From: Roseibium sp.
Lineage (GTDB): Bacteria > Pseudomonadota > Alphaproteobacteria > Rhizobiales > Stappiaceae
Length of the DNA stretch: 64,000 nt
Direction of reading: 5' to 3'
Assembly: GCA_050289605.1 (NCBI GenBank)
Contig: JBNKGB010000006.1
Location: 9,167 to 73,166 of the forward strand
Shown: positions 55,212 to 64,000 of the stretch, piece by piece
Position numbering within the stretch: the stretch's first letter is position 1
How the letters are laid out: each line of letters begins with the position of its first letter
Made by a program: the position numbers and the translations under genes
Notes under the pieces: generated by a model
The model's database searches: none
Told to the model about the DNA's origin: nothing
What the model saw: only the letters and a program-made list of their open reading frames with translations

Positions 55212-57872
55212 ATGAACGTCGTCATTGTCGAATCGCCGGCGAAAGCCAAGACGATCAACAAATATCTCGGCTCCGATTACACGGTCCTGGCCTCCTACGG
55301 CCACGTGCGGGACCTTCCGGCGAAGGATGGATCGGTGCTGCCGGACGACAATTTCGCCATGAGCTGGCAGGTCGACGGCAAATCCCAGAAGCGCCTGACG
55401 GAAATCGCCAACGCGGTGAAAGATGCCGACCGCCTCATTCTCGCGACCGACCCCGACCGTGAAGGGGAAGCGATTTCGTGGCACGTTCTGGAAGTGCTTC
55501 AGAAGAAGCGCGTGCTGAAGGACAAACAGATCGAGCGCGTGGTCTTCAATGCCATCACCAAGAAGTCGATCCTGGAGGCGATGGCGAACCCGCGCCAGCT
55601 GGACACGCCACTGGTCGATGCCTATCTTGCACGCCGCGCCCTCGATTATCTCGTCGGCTTTACCCTGTCTCCGGTGCTCTGGCGCAAACTGCCGGGTGCC
55701 CGCTCCGCCGGCCGCGTGCAGTCGGTCGCCCTGCGGCTCATCTGCGACCGGGAAATGGAGATCGAAACCTTCAAGGCCCAGGAATACTGGTCGATCGTCG
55801 CCAATATGAAGACACCGGCGGGAGATCTCTTCCAGGCGGGCGTGACCGGGTTCGACGGCCGGAAGATCGGGCGCCTCGATATTGCGAACGAAGCCGAAGC
55901 TTCGACCATCAAGGCCATGCTGGAAAGCGCCAGTTTCCGGGTCGACAGCGTCGCCTCGAAACCGGCCAAGCGCAACCCGTCCGCGCCGTTCACGACGTCC
56001 ACCCTGCAACAGGAGGCCTCGCGCAAACTCGGCTTTGCCGCTTCGCGCACCATGCAGGTGGCCCAGAAACTCTACGAAGGCGTTGCCATCGGCGGCGAGA
56101 CTTCCGGTCTCATCACCTACATGCGGACGGACGGCGTCCAGATCGCCGGCGAGGCGATTGCCGCGGCCCGCAAGGTGATCGGACAGGACTTCGGTGATTC
56201 CTATGTGCCGGAAAAGCCGCGCGTCTACAAGTCCAAGGCCAAAAACGCCCAGGAAGCGCACGAAGCAATCCGTCCCACGGATCTCTCCCGCAGACCCAAG
56301 GACGTTGCCCGCTTCCTCGACCCCGACCAGGCCCGGCTATATGAGCTGATCTGGAAACGGACCATGGCCTCGCAGATGGAATCGGCCGTCCTCGAACGCA
56401 CGACTATCGAGATCCTGGCCGACGGTTCGGGCAAGAAGGCCAATCTGCGCGCCACGGGCTCCGTAGTCCGCTTCGACGGCTTCCTCGCGCTTTATCAGGA
56501 AGGCCGGGACGACGAGGAAGACGAGAATTCCAAGCGCCTTCCGGCGGTCGACGAGGGTTCCGCCCTGACTGCGGCCTCCGTGGACAGCACCTCGGAACCG
56601 ATCGAAGCCTCGCAGCATTTCACCACGCCGCCGCCGCGCTACACCGAGGCGAGCCTTGTGAAGAAGATGGAAGAGCTCGGCATCGGCCGGCCTTCCACCT
56701 ATGCTTCCACGCTGCAGACCCTGCGCGACCGCGAATATGTCGAGCTCGACAAGAAACAGCTCGTCCCGCAGGACAAGGGCCGGATCGTCACCGCGTTCCT
56801 GGAGAGCTTCTTCCATCGCTACGTCGAATTCGACTTCACGGCGAGCCTGGAAGAACAGCTCGACAAGATTTCCGCCGGCGAATTGTCCTGGCTCGACGTC
56901 CTGAAAGACTTCTGGACCGGTTTTTCCGGGGCGGTCGACGAGATAAAGGACCTGCGTGTCGCCGAAGTGATCGACGCGCTGAACGAGCTTCTCGGGCCGC
57001 ATATCTTCCCGCCGAAGGAAGACGGGTCCGATGCGCGCAAGTGCCCGACCTGCGACACCGGCCAGCTTTCGCTGAAAGTAAGCCGCTGGGGTGCCTTCAT
57101 CGGCTGCTCCAATTACCCTGAGTGCGGTTATACCCGACAGCTGGGCAAACCGAACGGCGAAGGCGGCGAAGGCGAGGAAGGGCCGAAGATCCTGGGACAG
57201 GACCCGGAAACCGGTCTCGACGTTTCCCTGCGCAACGGCCGCTTCGGGCCCTATGTGCAGCTCGGTGAGGAAGCCAAGCCGAAACGGGCCTCCCTGCCCC
57301 GCGGCTGGTCCGCGCCCGATATGGACCTTGAGAAAGCGCTTCAGCTTCTGTCGCTGCCGCGCGAGGTCGGTCCGCACCCGGAAGACGGCAAGATGATTTC
57401 CGCCGGGATCGGCCGTTACGGTCCCTTCGTGCTACACGACGGCACCTACGCAAACCTGTCTTCACCGGACGAAGTGTTTTCGGTCGGCATCAACCGGGCG
57501 GTCGACGCGCTGGCGCAGAAACGCGCCAAGACCGGCGGTCGCGGTGGTGCGGCGGCAGCTCCGTTGAAGGAGCTGGGCGAGCATCCGAGCGAAGGCGGCC
57601 CGGTCAATGTCTACGACGGCCGCTACGGGCCATATGTCAAGCACGGCAAGGTCAATGCCACGCTGCCGAAAGATACGGATCCGAAAGCCGTGACGATGGA
57701 ACAGGCCGTCGAGCTGATTGCGGCGAAGGCTTCCAAGGGCGGCAAGAAGAAAACCGCCACCAAGAAACCTGCGGCCAAGAAAACGGCAGCCAAGAAGACG
57801 ACCGCGAGCAAGACCGCCAAGGCCAAGGTCGACGCGTCGTCCGAAGATGTGCCCTGGGATGATGCGTCTTGA
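55212..57872 (+). CDS. topA: DNA topoisomerase I
   Basis: IVESPAKAKTI, DPDREGE, SAGRVQS, ITYMRTD and QEAHEAIRPT motifs. Confidence 0.97.
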   Translation: MNVVIVESPAKAKTINKYLGSDYTVLASYGHVRDLPAKDGSVLPDDNFAMSWQVDGKSQKRLTEIANAVKDADRLILATDPDREGEAISWHVLEVLQKKRVLKDKQIERVVFNAITKKSILEAMANPRQLDTPLVDAYLARRALDYLVGFTLSPVLWRKLPGARSAGRVQSVALRLICDREMEIETFKAQEYWSIVANMKTPAGDLFQAGVTGFDGRKIGRLDIANEAEASTIKAMLESASFRVDSVASKPAKRNPSAPFTTSTLQQEASRKLGFAASRTMQVAQKLYEGVAIGGETSGLITYMRTDGVQIAGEAIAAARKVIGQDFGDSYVPEKPRVYKSKAKNAQEAHEAIRPTDLSRRPKDVARFLDPDQARLYELIWKRTMASQMESAVLERTTIEILADGSGKKANLRATGSVVRFDGFLALYQEGRDDEEDENSKRLPAVDEGSALTAASVDSTSEPIEASQHFTTPPPRYTEASLVKKMEELGIGRPSTYASTLQTLRDREYVELDKKQLVPQDKGRIVTAFLESFFHRYVEFDFTASLEEQLDKISAGELSWLDVLKDFWTGFSGAVDEIKDLRVAEVIDALNELLGPHIFPPKEDGSDARKCPTCDTGQLSLKVSRWGAFIGCSNYPECGYTRQLGKPNGEGGEGEEGPKILGQDPETGLDVSLRNGRFGPYVQLGEEAKPKRASLPRGWSAPDMDLEKALQLLSLPREVGPHPEDGKMISAGIGRYGPFVLHDGTYANLSSPDEVFSVGINRAVDALAQKRAKTGGRGGAAAAPLKELGEHPSEGGPVNVYDGRYGPYVKHGKVNATLPKDTDPKAVTMEQAVELIAAKASKGGKKKTATKKPAAKKTAAKKTTASKTAKAKVDASSEDVPWDDAS

Positions 57873-60205
57873 GCGCGAAACGGATCAACACGCGTAAACA
57901 CACAGGTAGAAAACACGCCAAGGTTCCGGGCGAGATGCCGTCTCGCGACGATATTCTCGCCTTTGTGGCGGACAATCCCGGCCGCGCGGGCAAACGGGAG
58001 ATCGCCCGGCACTTCGGCATCATCGGCGGCGCCAGGATCCATCTGAAGAAATTGCTGAAGGACCTGGCTGACGAAGGCCTGGTCGAGAAGCGCAAGAAAC
58101 GCATGATCCGGCCGGGTGACCTGCCGCCGGTTTTCCTTGCAAATCTCGTCGCGCGCGACCGGGACGGCGACCTGATCGCGACGCCGGTCGACTGGGACGA
58201 CGAGGCGGGCGATCCGCCGAAGATCCTCGTGCTGCCAGGCAAGACCAAGGCCACGCAGCCGGGTCTTGGCGACCGGGCATTGATCCGGCTGACGGAGGCC
58301 GGCACCGGCTCGGAAGCGGACTACGCCGCGCGCGTCATCCGCGTTCTTGAAAAACGTCAGGGTGCGATCCTCGGCATCCTGCGCAGGCGGGACGGCAACC
58401 GACCGCCCTACCTGGAGCCGATCGACCGCAAGCAACGGGAGCTGGACGTTGATTCCACCGATTTGAAGGACGCCGACGACGGTGACCTTGTCAGCGTTCA
58501 GGTGACCCGCTCCGGCCGCTATGGCCATCCGAAGGCCGCGATTGTCGAGCGGTTCGGCTCGATGAACTCCGAAAAGGCGATCTCCGAGATCGCCCTGCAG
58601 TCGCACGGCATTCCCCATGTTTTCCCGGCCGCCGTCGAGGCACAGGCCGAGCACGCGAAGCCGGTCGAAAAGCTCGGCAAGCGCGAGGACTGGCGCCAGA
58701 TCCCGCTGATCACCATCGATCCGCCCGACGCCAAGGACCATGACGACGCGGTTTTTGCCGAAGCGGACACGGATCCGGGCAACGAAGGCGGTCACATCGT
58801 TTATGTCGCGATCGCCGACGTCGCCTATTACGTGACGCCCGGGTCGCCGATGGACCGGGAAGCGAACATTCGCGGCAACTCCGTCTATTTCCCAGACCGG
58901 GTGATCCCGATGCTGCCGGAACGGATTTCCAATCAGCTCTGCTCGTTGCGTGAAAAGGAGGACAAGCCGTCCCTCGGCGTGCGGATGGTCTTCGACAAGA
59001 CCGGCCGCAAGATCAGCCACAGTTTCCACCGCGTCCTGATGCGCTCGGCCGCCAAGCTTTCCTATATCCAGGCGCAGAAGGCCATAGACGGCGTTACCGA
59101 CGAGAAGACGGAAACGATCCTGGAAGGTGTCCTGAAGCCGCTGTGGGCTGCCTATGGCGCCCTGAAGAGGGGGCGCGACGCCCGCGAACCACTGGACCTA
59201 GACCTGCCGGAACGCAAGATCAGGCTGAAGCCGGATGGGACGGTCGACCATGTCTACGTTCCCGAACGTCTCGATGCGCACAGGCTGATCGAGGAGTTCA
59301 TGATCCAGGCCAATGTGGCGGCCGCCGAAACGCTGGAGAAGAAGAAGTCTCCCCTGCTCTACCGCATCCACGACGCATCAACGCCGGAAAAGCTGGAGAG
59401 TTTGAAGGAGTTCCTGTCCACGCTGAACATGAAGCTGCCTGCAACCGGTGGCCTGAGACCATCGGCCTTCAACGCGATCCTGGCGAAGGTCAAGGACACG
59501 CCACAGGCGCATCTCGTCAACGAGGTGGTGCTGCGCAGCCAGGCTCAGGCGGAGTATGCGCCTCAGAACATCGGTCATTTCGGCCTGAACCTGCGCCGCT
59601 ATGCGCATTTCACCTCTCCGATCCGACGCTATGCCGACCTGATCGTGCACCGGGGCCTTATCTCCTCACTGGGTCTCGGCGACGACGGCCTGCCGGAGGG
59701 CATCGAAAGCAAACTGGAAGCGATCGGAGCGGAAATATCCTCAGCCGAACGCCGTGCCATGCTGGCGGAACGGGACACGATCGACCGGTTGATCGCGCTC
59801 TGGATGAGCGACCATATCGGGGCGACCTTCCAGGGCCGGATCGCCGGAGTGATCAAGTCCGGGCTGTTCGTGAGGCTGGAAGACACCGGTGCCGACGGCT
59901 TCGTGCCGGCCTCCACGATCGGCATAGACTTTTACCGCTATGACGAAGGGTCGCACGCCCTCATAGGTGACAAAACCGGCGAGACCTACCAACTTGGCGA
60001 CCAAGTGGAAGTCAAGCTGGTGGAAGCAGCCCCCTTCGCGGGTGCGTTGACCTTCGAGATCCTCAGCCATGGACGGATCGCAGGCAAGCAGATCCGCAAG
60101 GCCGCGCCCAAGACGCGCCGGGGACCACCAAAGGGCGGGCGGACGAACAATGGCCGGCCCCAAAAGACCTCCACACGGAAACAGAACCGAAGGAGGTCGT
60201 CGTGA
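57869..60205 (+). CDS. rnr: ribonuclease R
   Basis: TIDPPDAKDHDDA and HFTSPIRRYADL motifs; C-terminal S1 domain. Confidence 0.96.
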   Translation: MSAKRINTRKHTGRKHAKVPGEMPSRDDILAFVADNPGRAGKREIARHFGIIGGARIHLKKLLKDLADEGLVEKRKKRMIRPGDLPPVFLANLVARDRDGDLIATPVDWDDEAGDPPKILVLPGKTKATQPGLGDRALIRLTEAGTGSEADYAARVIRVLEKRQGAILGILRRRDGNRPPYLEPIDRKQRELDVDSTDLKDADDGDLVSVQVTRSGRYGHPKAAIVERFGSMNSEKAISEIALQSHGIPHVFPAAVEAQAEHAKPVEKLGKREDWRQIPLITIDPPDAKDHDDAVFAEADTDPGNEGGHIVYVAIADVAYYVTPGSPMDREANIRGNSVYFPDRVIPMLPERISNQLCSLREKEDKPSLGVRMVFDKTGRKISHSFHRVLMRSAAKLSYIQAQKAIDGVTDEKTETILEGVLKPLWAAYGALKRGRDAREPLDLDLPERKIRLKPDGTVDHVYVPERLDAHRLIEEFMIQANVAAAETLEKKKSPLLYRIHDASTPEKLESLKEFLSTLNMKLPATGGLRPSAFNAILAKVKDTPQAHLVNEVVLRSQAQAEYAPQNIGHFGLNLRRYAHFTSPIRRYADLIVHRGLISSLGLGDDGLPEGIESKLEAIGAEISSAERRAMLAERDTIDRLIALWMSDHIGATFQGRIAGVIKSGLFVRLEDTGADGFVPASTIGIDFYRYDEGSHALIGDKTGETYQLGDQVEVKLVEAAPFAGALTFEILSHGRIAGKQIRKAAPKTRRGPPKGGRTNNGRPQKTSTRKQNRRRSS

Positions 60206-60672
60206 CGGTTCGTTATGAAATGGACGAAAAACTGACAACGCCGCAGCCGGCGCCGGAAAAACCGCGCAGGCCGGTGATGGCCGCGATGCTGCGCGGAGCA
60301 CGCAACAGATGCATGAACTGCGGTGAAGGCCGGATATTCGGCGGGTTCCTGAAGGTCAACCATGCCTGCCCGAAATGCGGCGAGGAATTTCACCACCACA
60401 GGGCAGATGATGCCCCGCCCTATTTCACCATCACCCTCGTCGGCCATATCATCGTGCCGGCGCTGCTGACGGTCGAAGTCCTCTGGCATCCGGCGCTGTG
60501 GATCCACATGTCCCTGTGGGTGCCGCTGACCATCTTCCTGTGCATCTTCTTCATGCAGCCCATCAAGGGCGCGCTGATCGGCCTGCAATGGGCTCTCTAC
60601 ATGCATGGCTTCGACCCCGACACCGAGGACGACCTGCCGGCGCTCCACCCGGCGAGCGAAAGCCACCCATGA
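60202..60672 (+). CDS. DUF983 zinc-ribbon membrane protein
   Basis: CxxCGEG..C.KCG, RADDAPPY and QWA..MHGF motifs. Confidence 0.88.
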   Translation: MTVRYEMDEKLTTPQPAPEKPRRPVMAAMLRGARNRCMNCGEGRIFGGFLKVNHACPKCGEEFHHHRADDAPPYFTITLVGHIIVPALLTVEVLWHPALWIHMSLWVPLTIFLCIFFMQPIKGALIGLQWALYMHGFDPDTEDDLPALHPASESHP

Positions 60673-61499
60673 CCGATTCCTTCGTGAAGCAGTTGTCGAA
60701 AGACGAGCGCGCGGGAAATTATCCCTACATCCGGCCCAAGGATGCCGCGACGCTGCTCATTCTCGACCACAGCGGCAAGGGGCCCGTCAGGCTGCTGATG
60801 GGCAGGCGTCACATGCGCCACACCTTCATGCCCGGCAAGTTCGTGTTTCCGGGCGGGCGCGTCGATGCCGCAGATTCAAGGATCTCCAACGTTTTCCCCT
60901 ATCATCCCGATGTGGAGAAAAAACTGTCGGAAGACCTCAAGAATGCCAGATCGGCGGCCCGCGTGCGCGCCCTGGCTCTTGCCGCCATCCGGGAGACCTA
61001 CGAGGAAGCAGGCATATTCGTCGGCCGGAAATCGGGGGACCGGTTCCTTCGCCTGGGTGCCGGCTTCGAAGCCTTCGCCGAGCGCGGCATTCAGCCTGAC
61101 CTCGGCGGCATCCGCCTGATCGCCCGGGCGATCACACCGCCACAGCGTCCGCGCCGGTTCGACACGCGTTTTCTTGCCGTATGGGCCGATGACATCGCCG
61201 ACCGGCTGCCGGAAGGCACGGGCCCGTCCGGAGAGCTGGAAGATTGCGCCTGGCTGACGCTTGAAGAAGCGCGCACGAAGGAGCTTCCGATGATCACCAC
61301 GCGGATCCTCACCGATCTGGAAGAGCGCCTGGAGGTGGATCCGGATCTCGCCCCTACGACGGCGGTGCCCTATTATTTTTTCCGCAACGGCGGCTTTGTG
61401 AAGGAGATGATCCAGGGTCAGGACCCGCCAGCGGTTCGCGGCCAGCGAATTCACCGCTGCGCACCGCAAAATTTCGCCAAAACGCAAGCAAGCGCTTGA
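60669..61499 (+). CDS. NUDIX hydrolase
   Basis: KDAATL, FVFPGGRVD, AIRETYEEAG and RRFDTRF motifs; start overlaps the DUF983 stop. Confidence 0.88.
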   Translation: MTDSFVKQLSKDERAGNYPYIRPKDAATLLILDHSGKGPVRLLMGRRHMRHTFMPGKFVFPGGRVDAADSRISNVFPYHPDVEKKLSEDLKNARSAARVRALALAAIRETYEEAGIFVGRKSGDRFLRLGAGFEAFAERGIQPDLGGIRLIARAITPPQRPRRFDTRFLAVWADDIADRLPEGTGPSGELEDCAWLTLEEARTKELPMITTRILTDLEERLEVDPDLAPTTAVPYYFFRNGGFVKEMIQGQDPPAVRGQRIHRCAPQNFAKTQASA

Positions 61500-61523
61500 C
61501 TTTCACGCACCGATGAGTAGTTT
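61496..61523 (+). promoter_or_regulatory. candidate sigma70 promoter for rpmG
   Basis: TTGACT-N16-TAGTTT. Confidence 0.5.
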
Positions 61524-61616
61524 GCGCGCTGATTTCAGACATTGGGGCAGATTCACCGCCAGCCAATCTGGCCACAAGAACCCATTGCCCGACAACAAAG
61601 AACAGGATCCAAGGCC

Positions 61617-61784
61617 ATGGCCAAGGCGACAACGATCAAAATCAAGCTCCTCTCCACGGCGGACACCGGCTTCTTCTATGTCACCAAGAAGAACTCCCGC
61701 ACGATGACCGAAAAGATGGTCAAGAAGAAGTACGACCCGATTGCCAAAAAGCACGTCGAGTTCAAGGAAGCCAAGATCAAGTAA
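61617..61784 (+). CDS. rpmG: 50S ribosomal protein L33
   Basis: [26 protein letters not shown]...KYDP. Confidence 0.97.
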   Translation: MAKATTIKIKLLSTADTGFFYVTKKNSRTMTEKMVKKKYDPIAKKHVEFKEAKIK

Positions 61785-61810
61785 TCTTGGACGTCCTGCC
61801 ATTGACCAGG

Positions 61811-61836
61811 AACCCGCCGGTTTCGGCGGGTTTTTT
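61811..61836 (+). terminator. intrinsic terminator after rpmG
   Basis: AACCCGCCG-GTTT-CGGCGGGTTTTTT. Confidence 0.88.
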
Positions 61837-61959
61837 GTTGTCCGATGTTCCGCGGGACGGCTATGGGTAAGACAGAACCGGCCCAAGGCGACAGTCACAA
61901 CAGAACCGGTGCAAGGCGCCGGGGGGCGCCCTGAGGGCTCTGACTGATGATTACGGTCG

Positions 61960-62095
61960 GAAAAATAGTGGTCGGCGGGAACACGGCATTCGAGGAGGCC
62001 ACTCATCGGCCGGTTCCCTGCCGACCTACCCCACGGACCCAGGAGATGCGGCGGACCTGAGCACTCCGAGGGGAAACTTTCGCCACACAGGCGCG
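61960..62095 (-). ncRNA. ecpR1: EcpR1-like cell-cycle small RNA (ends approximate)
   Basis: Hairpin CTCAGG-[TCCGCCGCATCT]-CCTGGG carries the loop motif recalled for Sinorhizobium EcpR1; same position between divK and rpmG; a long 3-prime stem ends in a T run. Confidence 0.7.
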
Positions 62096-62356
62096 ACGGC
62101 GTCATAAAGACGCCTGACGACTGATCAGGGAAAACCCTAATCTGCGGTCACACTACCTTATTGTGACCTTATTGCAATATTTTCCATAAAATATACACAG
62201 ATACAATGTCGTTTTAGTAAATCCGTAACCTTAATGTGAGCATCAGGCCGGATTACGTGAGCTGATTCGGCCACAAATCCGCCCGAGTCAACTGCTCCCG
62301 ATGTACGAAGTCTTACGTAGATCTTGATCCCGGCAAGCGGTGCGAATGCCCCGTTC

Positions 62357-62728
62357 TCAGTCTTCGCCGAGAAAGGCCCGGACCGTTTCCAGGAATTTCG
62401 CGACGGAGATCGGCTTGGAAATATAGGCCTCGCAGCCCCCCTGCCTGATCCTTTCCTCGTCGCCTTTCATGGCAAAGGCTGTCACGGCAATCACGGGAAT
62501 GGACGAGATGTCCTCGTCTTCCTTGATCCATTTCGTGACTTCAAGGCCCGACACTTCCGGCAGCTGAATATCCATTAGGATCAGATCCGGACGGTGTTCG
62601 CGGGCGAGCTGCAAGGCTTCTATACCGGTCCGGGTCTGCAATGTGTTATAGCCGTGCGCCTCGAGCAGATCATGAAACAGTTTCATGTTCAGCTCGTTGT
62701 CCTCGACGATCAACACGGATTTCGCCAT
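62357..62728 (-). CDS. divK: single-domain cell-cycle response regulator DivK
   Basis: [26 protein letters not shown] and [12 protein letters not shown] motifs. Confidence 0.95.
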   Translation of the reverse strand: MAKSVLIVEDNELNMKLFHDLLEAHGYNTLQTRTGIEALQLAREHRPDLILMDIQLPEVSGLEVTKWIKEDEDISSIPVIAVTAFAMKGDEERIRQGGCEAYISKPISVAKFLETVRAFLGED

Positions 62729-62866
62729 ATGTCCGGCCCTTTACCCGGCAACCCGCCGGTCCCATTACTTTCTTTTCGGCACAATCCGGCCGTTAGTAGA
62801 ACCCTTCCCCGGTCCGCACTAGATTTCTTCTAACCCGGAATCGTTTCAGAAAGGCAAAAAAACACA

Positions 62867-63166
62867 ATGAAAAAAATACAAGGGTCGTCATTGTCCGTTG
62901 AAGAAGCACAAGGAATCGCCACTGAAGCCCTTCTCCAGCTCAGCCGCGAGCCGGAACAGATCGGCCGCTTTCTGGCATTTTCCGGAATCGGACCTGATAT
63001 GATTCGCCAGGCTGCCGGCGAACCCGGTTTTCTCGCCGGTGTCCTCGAGTTTTACATGACCGACGAACCTCTTCTGCTCGCCTTTTGCGAAAATGCCGGT
63101 ATCCGCCCGACCATGATGGCCGCCGCGCGTTACACCCTTGCCGGAGGACAGGACGATTATGTCTGA
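62867..63166 (+). CDS. DUF3572-like protein
   Basis: RFLA.SG..P..IR.AA.EPGFLAGVLEF pattern; divergent from divK. Confidence 0.8.
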   Translation: MKKIQGSSLSVEEAQGIATEALLQLSREPEQIGRFLAFSGIGPDMIRQAAGEPGFLAGVLEFYMTDEPLLLAFCENAGIRPTMMAAARYTLAGGQDDYV

Positions 63167-63821
63167 ACCGACGCCCGTCCTGCCGGAGGTCCTGGCGCAG
63201 ATCCGCGCCTTGCCGGTAGCGCAAAGACCCCTGATCATCTGTGACGTCGACGAGGTGATCCTGCAGATGACGACCCATCTGGAGGAATACCTCAATGCGC
63301 GCGGCCTTGTTTTTCTGAACTACGAATACCGGCTGACGGGAAATATTGCGGGCAAGGCCGACCGCCTGCCGATCGGATCCGACGACGTCCGCCGGCTCCT
63401 GCTGGGCTTTTTCGATGAGATGAGCCACCGGCAGGACATGGTCCCCGGGGCGGACGAAGCCCTCCGCAGCCTTTCGGACGACTGGGAAATCGTGCTCCTG
63501 ACCAATCTGCCAGGCGGCCACAACAAACCGACACGCGAAAAGCTTCTCTCCGGTCTCGGCATTCCCTATCCGGTTCTCACGAATTCCGGTCCGAAGGGAG
63601 GCGCGGTGGCTGCCCTTGCCGCAGGACGGCCGGGACCCGTCGTCTTCATCGACGACAGTCCGTCCAATCATGTGTCGGTCAACGCTTCGCTGCCCTCAGC
63701 GGTGCAGATCCAGTTCATCGCCGACAGCCGGTTCCGCGACACAGTCGACCGGCAAGACCATATCGCGCTTGTGTCGGGAGATTGGCAGGAGACGACAACC
63801 TTCATCAGCGCTATCCTCTGA
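63159..63821 (+). CDS. HAD-like hypothetical protein
   Basis: ICDVDEV, LLTNL, GPKG and VFIDD motifs. Confidence 0.75.
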   Translation: MSEPTPVLPEVLAQIRALPVAQRPLIICDVDEVILQMTTHLEEYLNARGLVFLNYEYRLTGNIAGKADRLPIGSDDVRRLLLGFFDEMSHRQDMVPGADEALRSLSDDWEIVLLTNLPGGHNKPTREKLLSGLGIPYPVLTNSGPKGGAVAALAAGRPGPVVFIDDSPSNHVSVNASLPSAVQIQFIADSRFRDTVDRQDHIALVSGDWQETTTFISAIL

Positions 63822-63854
63822 GCATGTCGTCGCCAAGCCCAGTGAACCCAGACC

Positions 63855-64000
63855 GTGCCTGTCTCCGCCCCGGAAAATAAAGCCCTCTGCCGGGACTGCG
63901 GCTTCCGCCCGCCGGCCGGCTCCCGCCGCTGTGCGTCTTGCGGCAGCCCGCGACTCGTCTCGCATCCGGAACTCGATGCGCTGGCGATCGCCCATATCGA
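63855..64000 (+). CDS. dinB: DNA polymerase IV, 5-prime part (truncated by the window)
   Basis: Hand translation ALCRDC...RCASCGSPRLVSHPELDALAIAHI matches the alphaproteobacterial DinB N-terminus. Confidence 0.8.
   Translation, partial: MPVSAPENKALCRDCGFRPPAGSRRCASCGSPRLVSHPELDALAIAHI

Noticed and set aside
57740-57830. Repetitive AAG/GCC-rich tract
   Set aside because: It encodes the ordinary Lys/Ala-rich TopA tail and is not a repeat array.
61960-62095. 6S RNA or group II intron fragment as alternative identities
   Set aside because: No 6S central bubble or intron domain V was recognised; the loop motif and position fit EcpR1 better.
61503-62105. 200-aa minus-strand ORF across rpmG
   Set aside because: Antisense to rpmG and overlaps the better-supported structured RNA.

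Overview
GC-rich alphaproteobacterial chromosome segment. Gene content and order suggest Hyphomicrobiales, possibly Roseibium/Labrenzia-like; this is an inference. No phage, IS, CRISPR, rRNA or tRNA was seen. Housekeeping blocks are cydDC-cydABX, mmsA with a divergent LysR, a TPP riboswitch with thiO-S-G-E, sthA, the trpL attenuator with trpE(G), ilvD, the run ruvX-pyrB-pyrC-plsY-dprA-topA-rnr-rpmG, divK and the start of dinB. Small accessory modules sit between them. The best leads for undescribed biology are: (1) a LysR-tmpA-tmpB phosphonate-cleavage operon with a translationally coupled third gene of the ureidoglycolate-lyase/cupin type; (2) a secreted caspase-fold protein lacking both catalytic residues; (3) an acetolactate decarboxylase with an N-terminal ribbon-helix-helix-like domain; (4) a periplasmic FKBP-rhodanese fusion ending in CxxC; (5) a soluble two-gene Aer-like receptor; (6) an EcpR1-like sRNA downstream of divK with pleD missing. 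All family calls come from recalled motifs; no database search was run.
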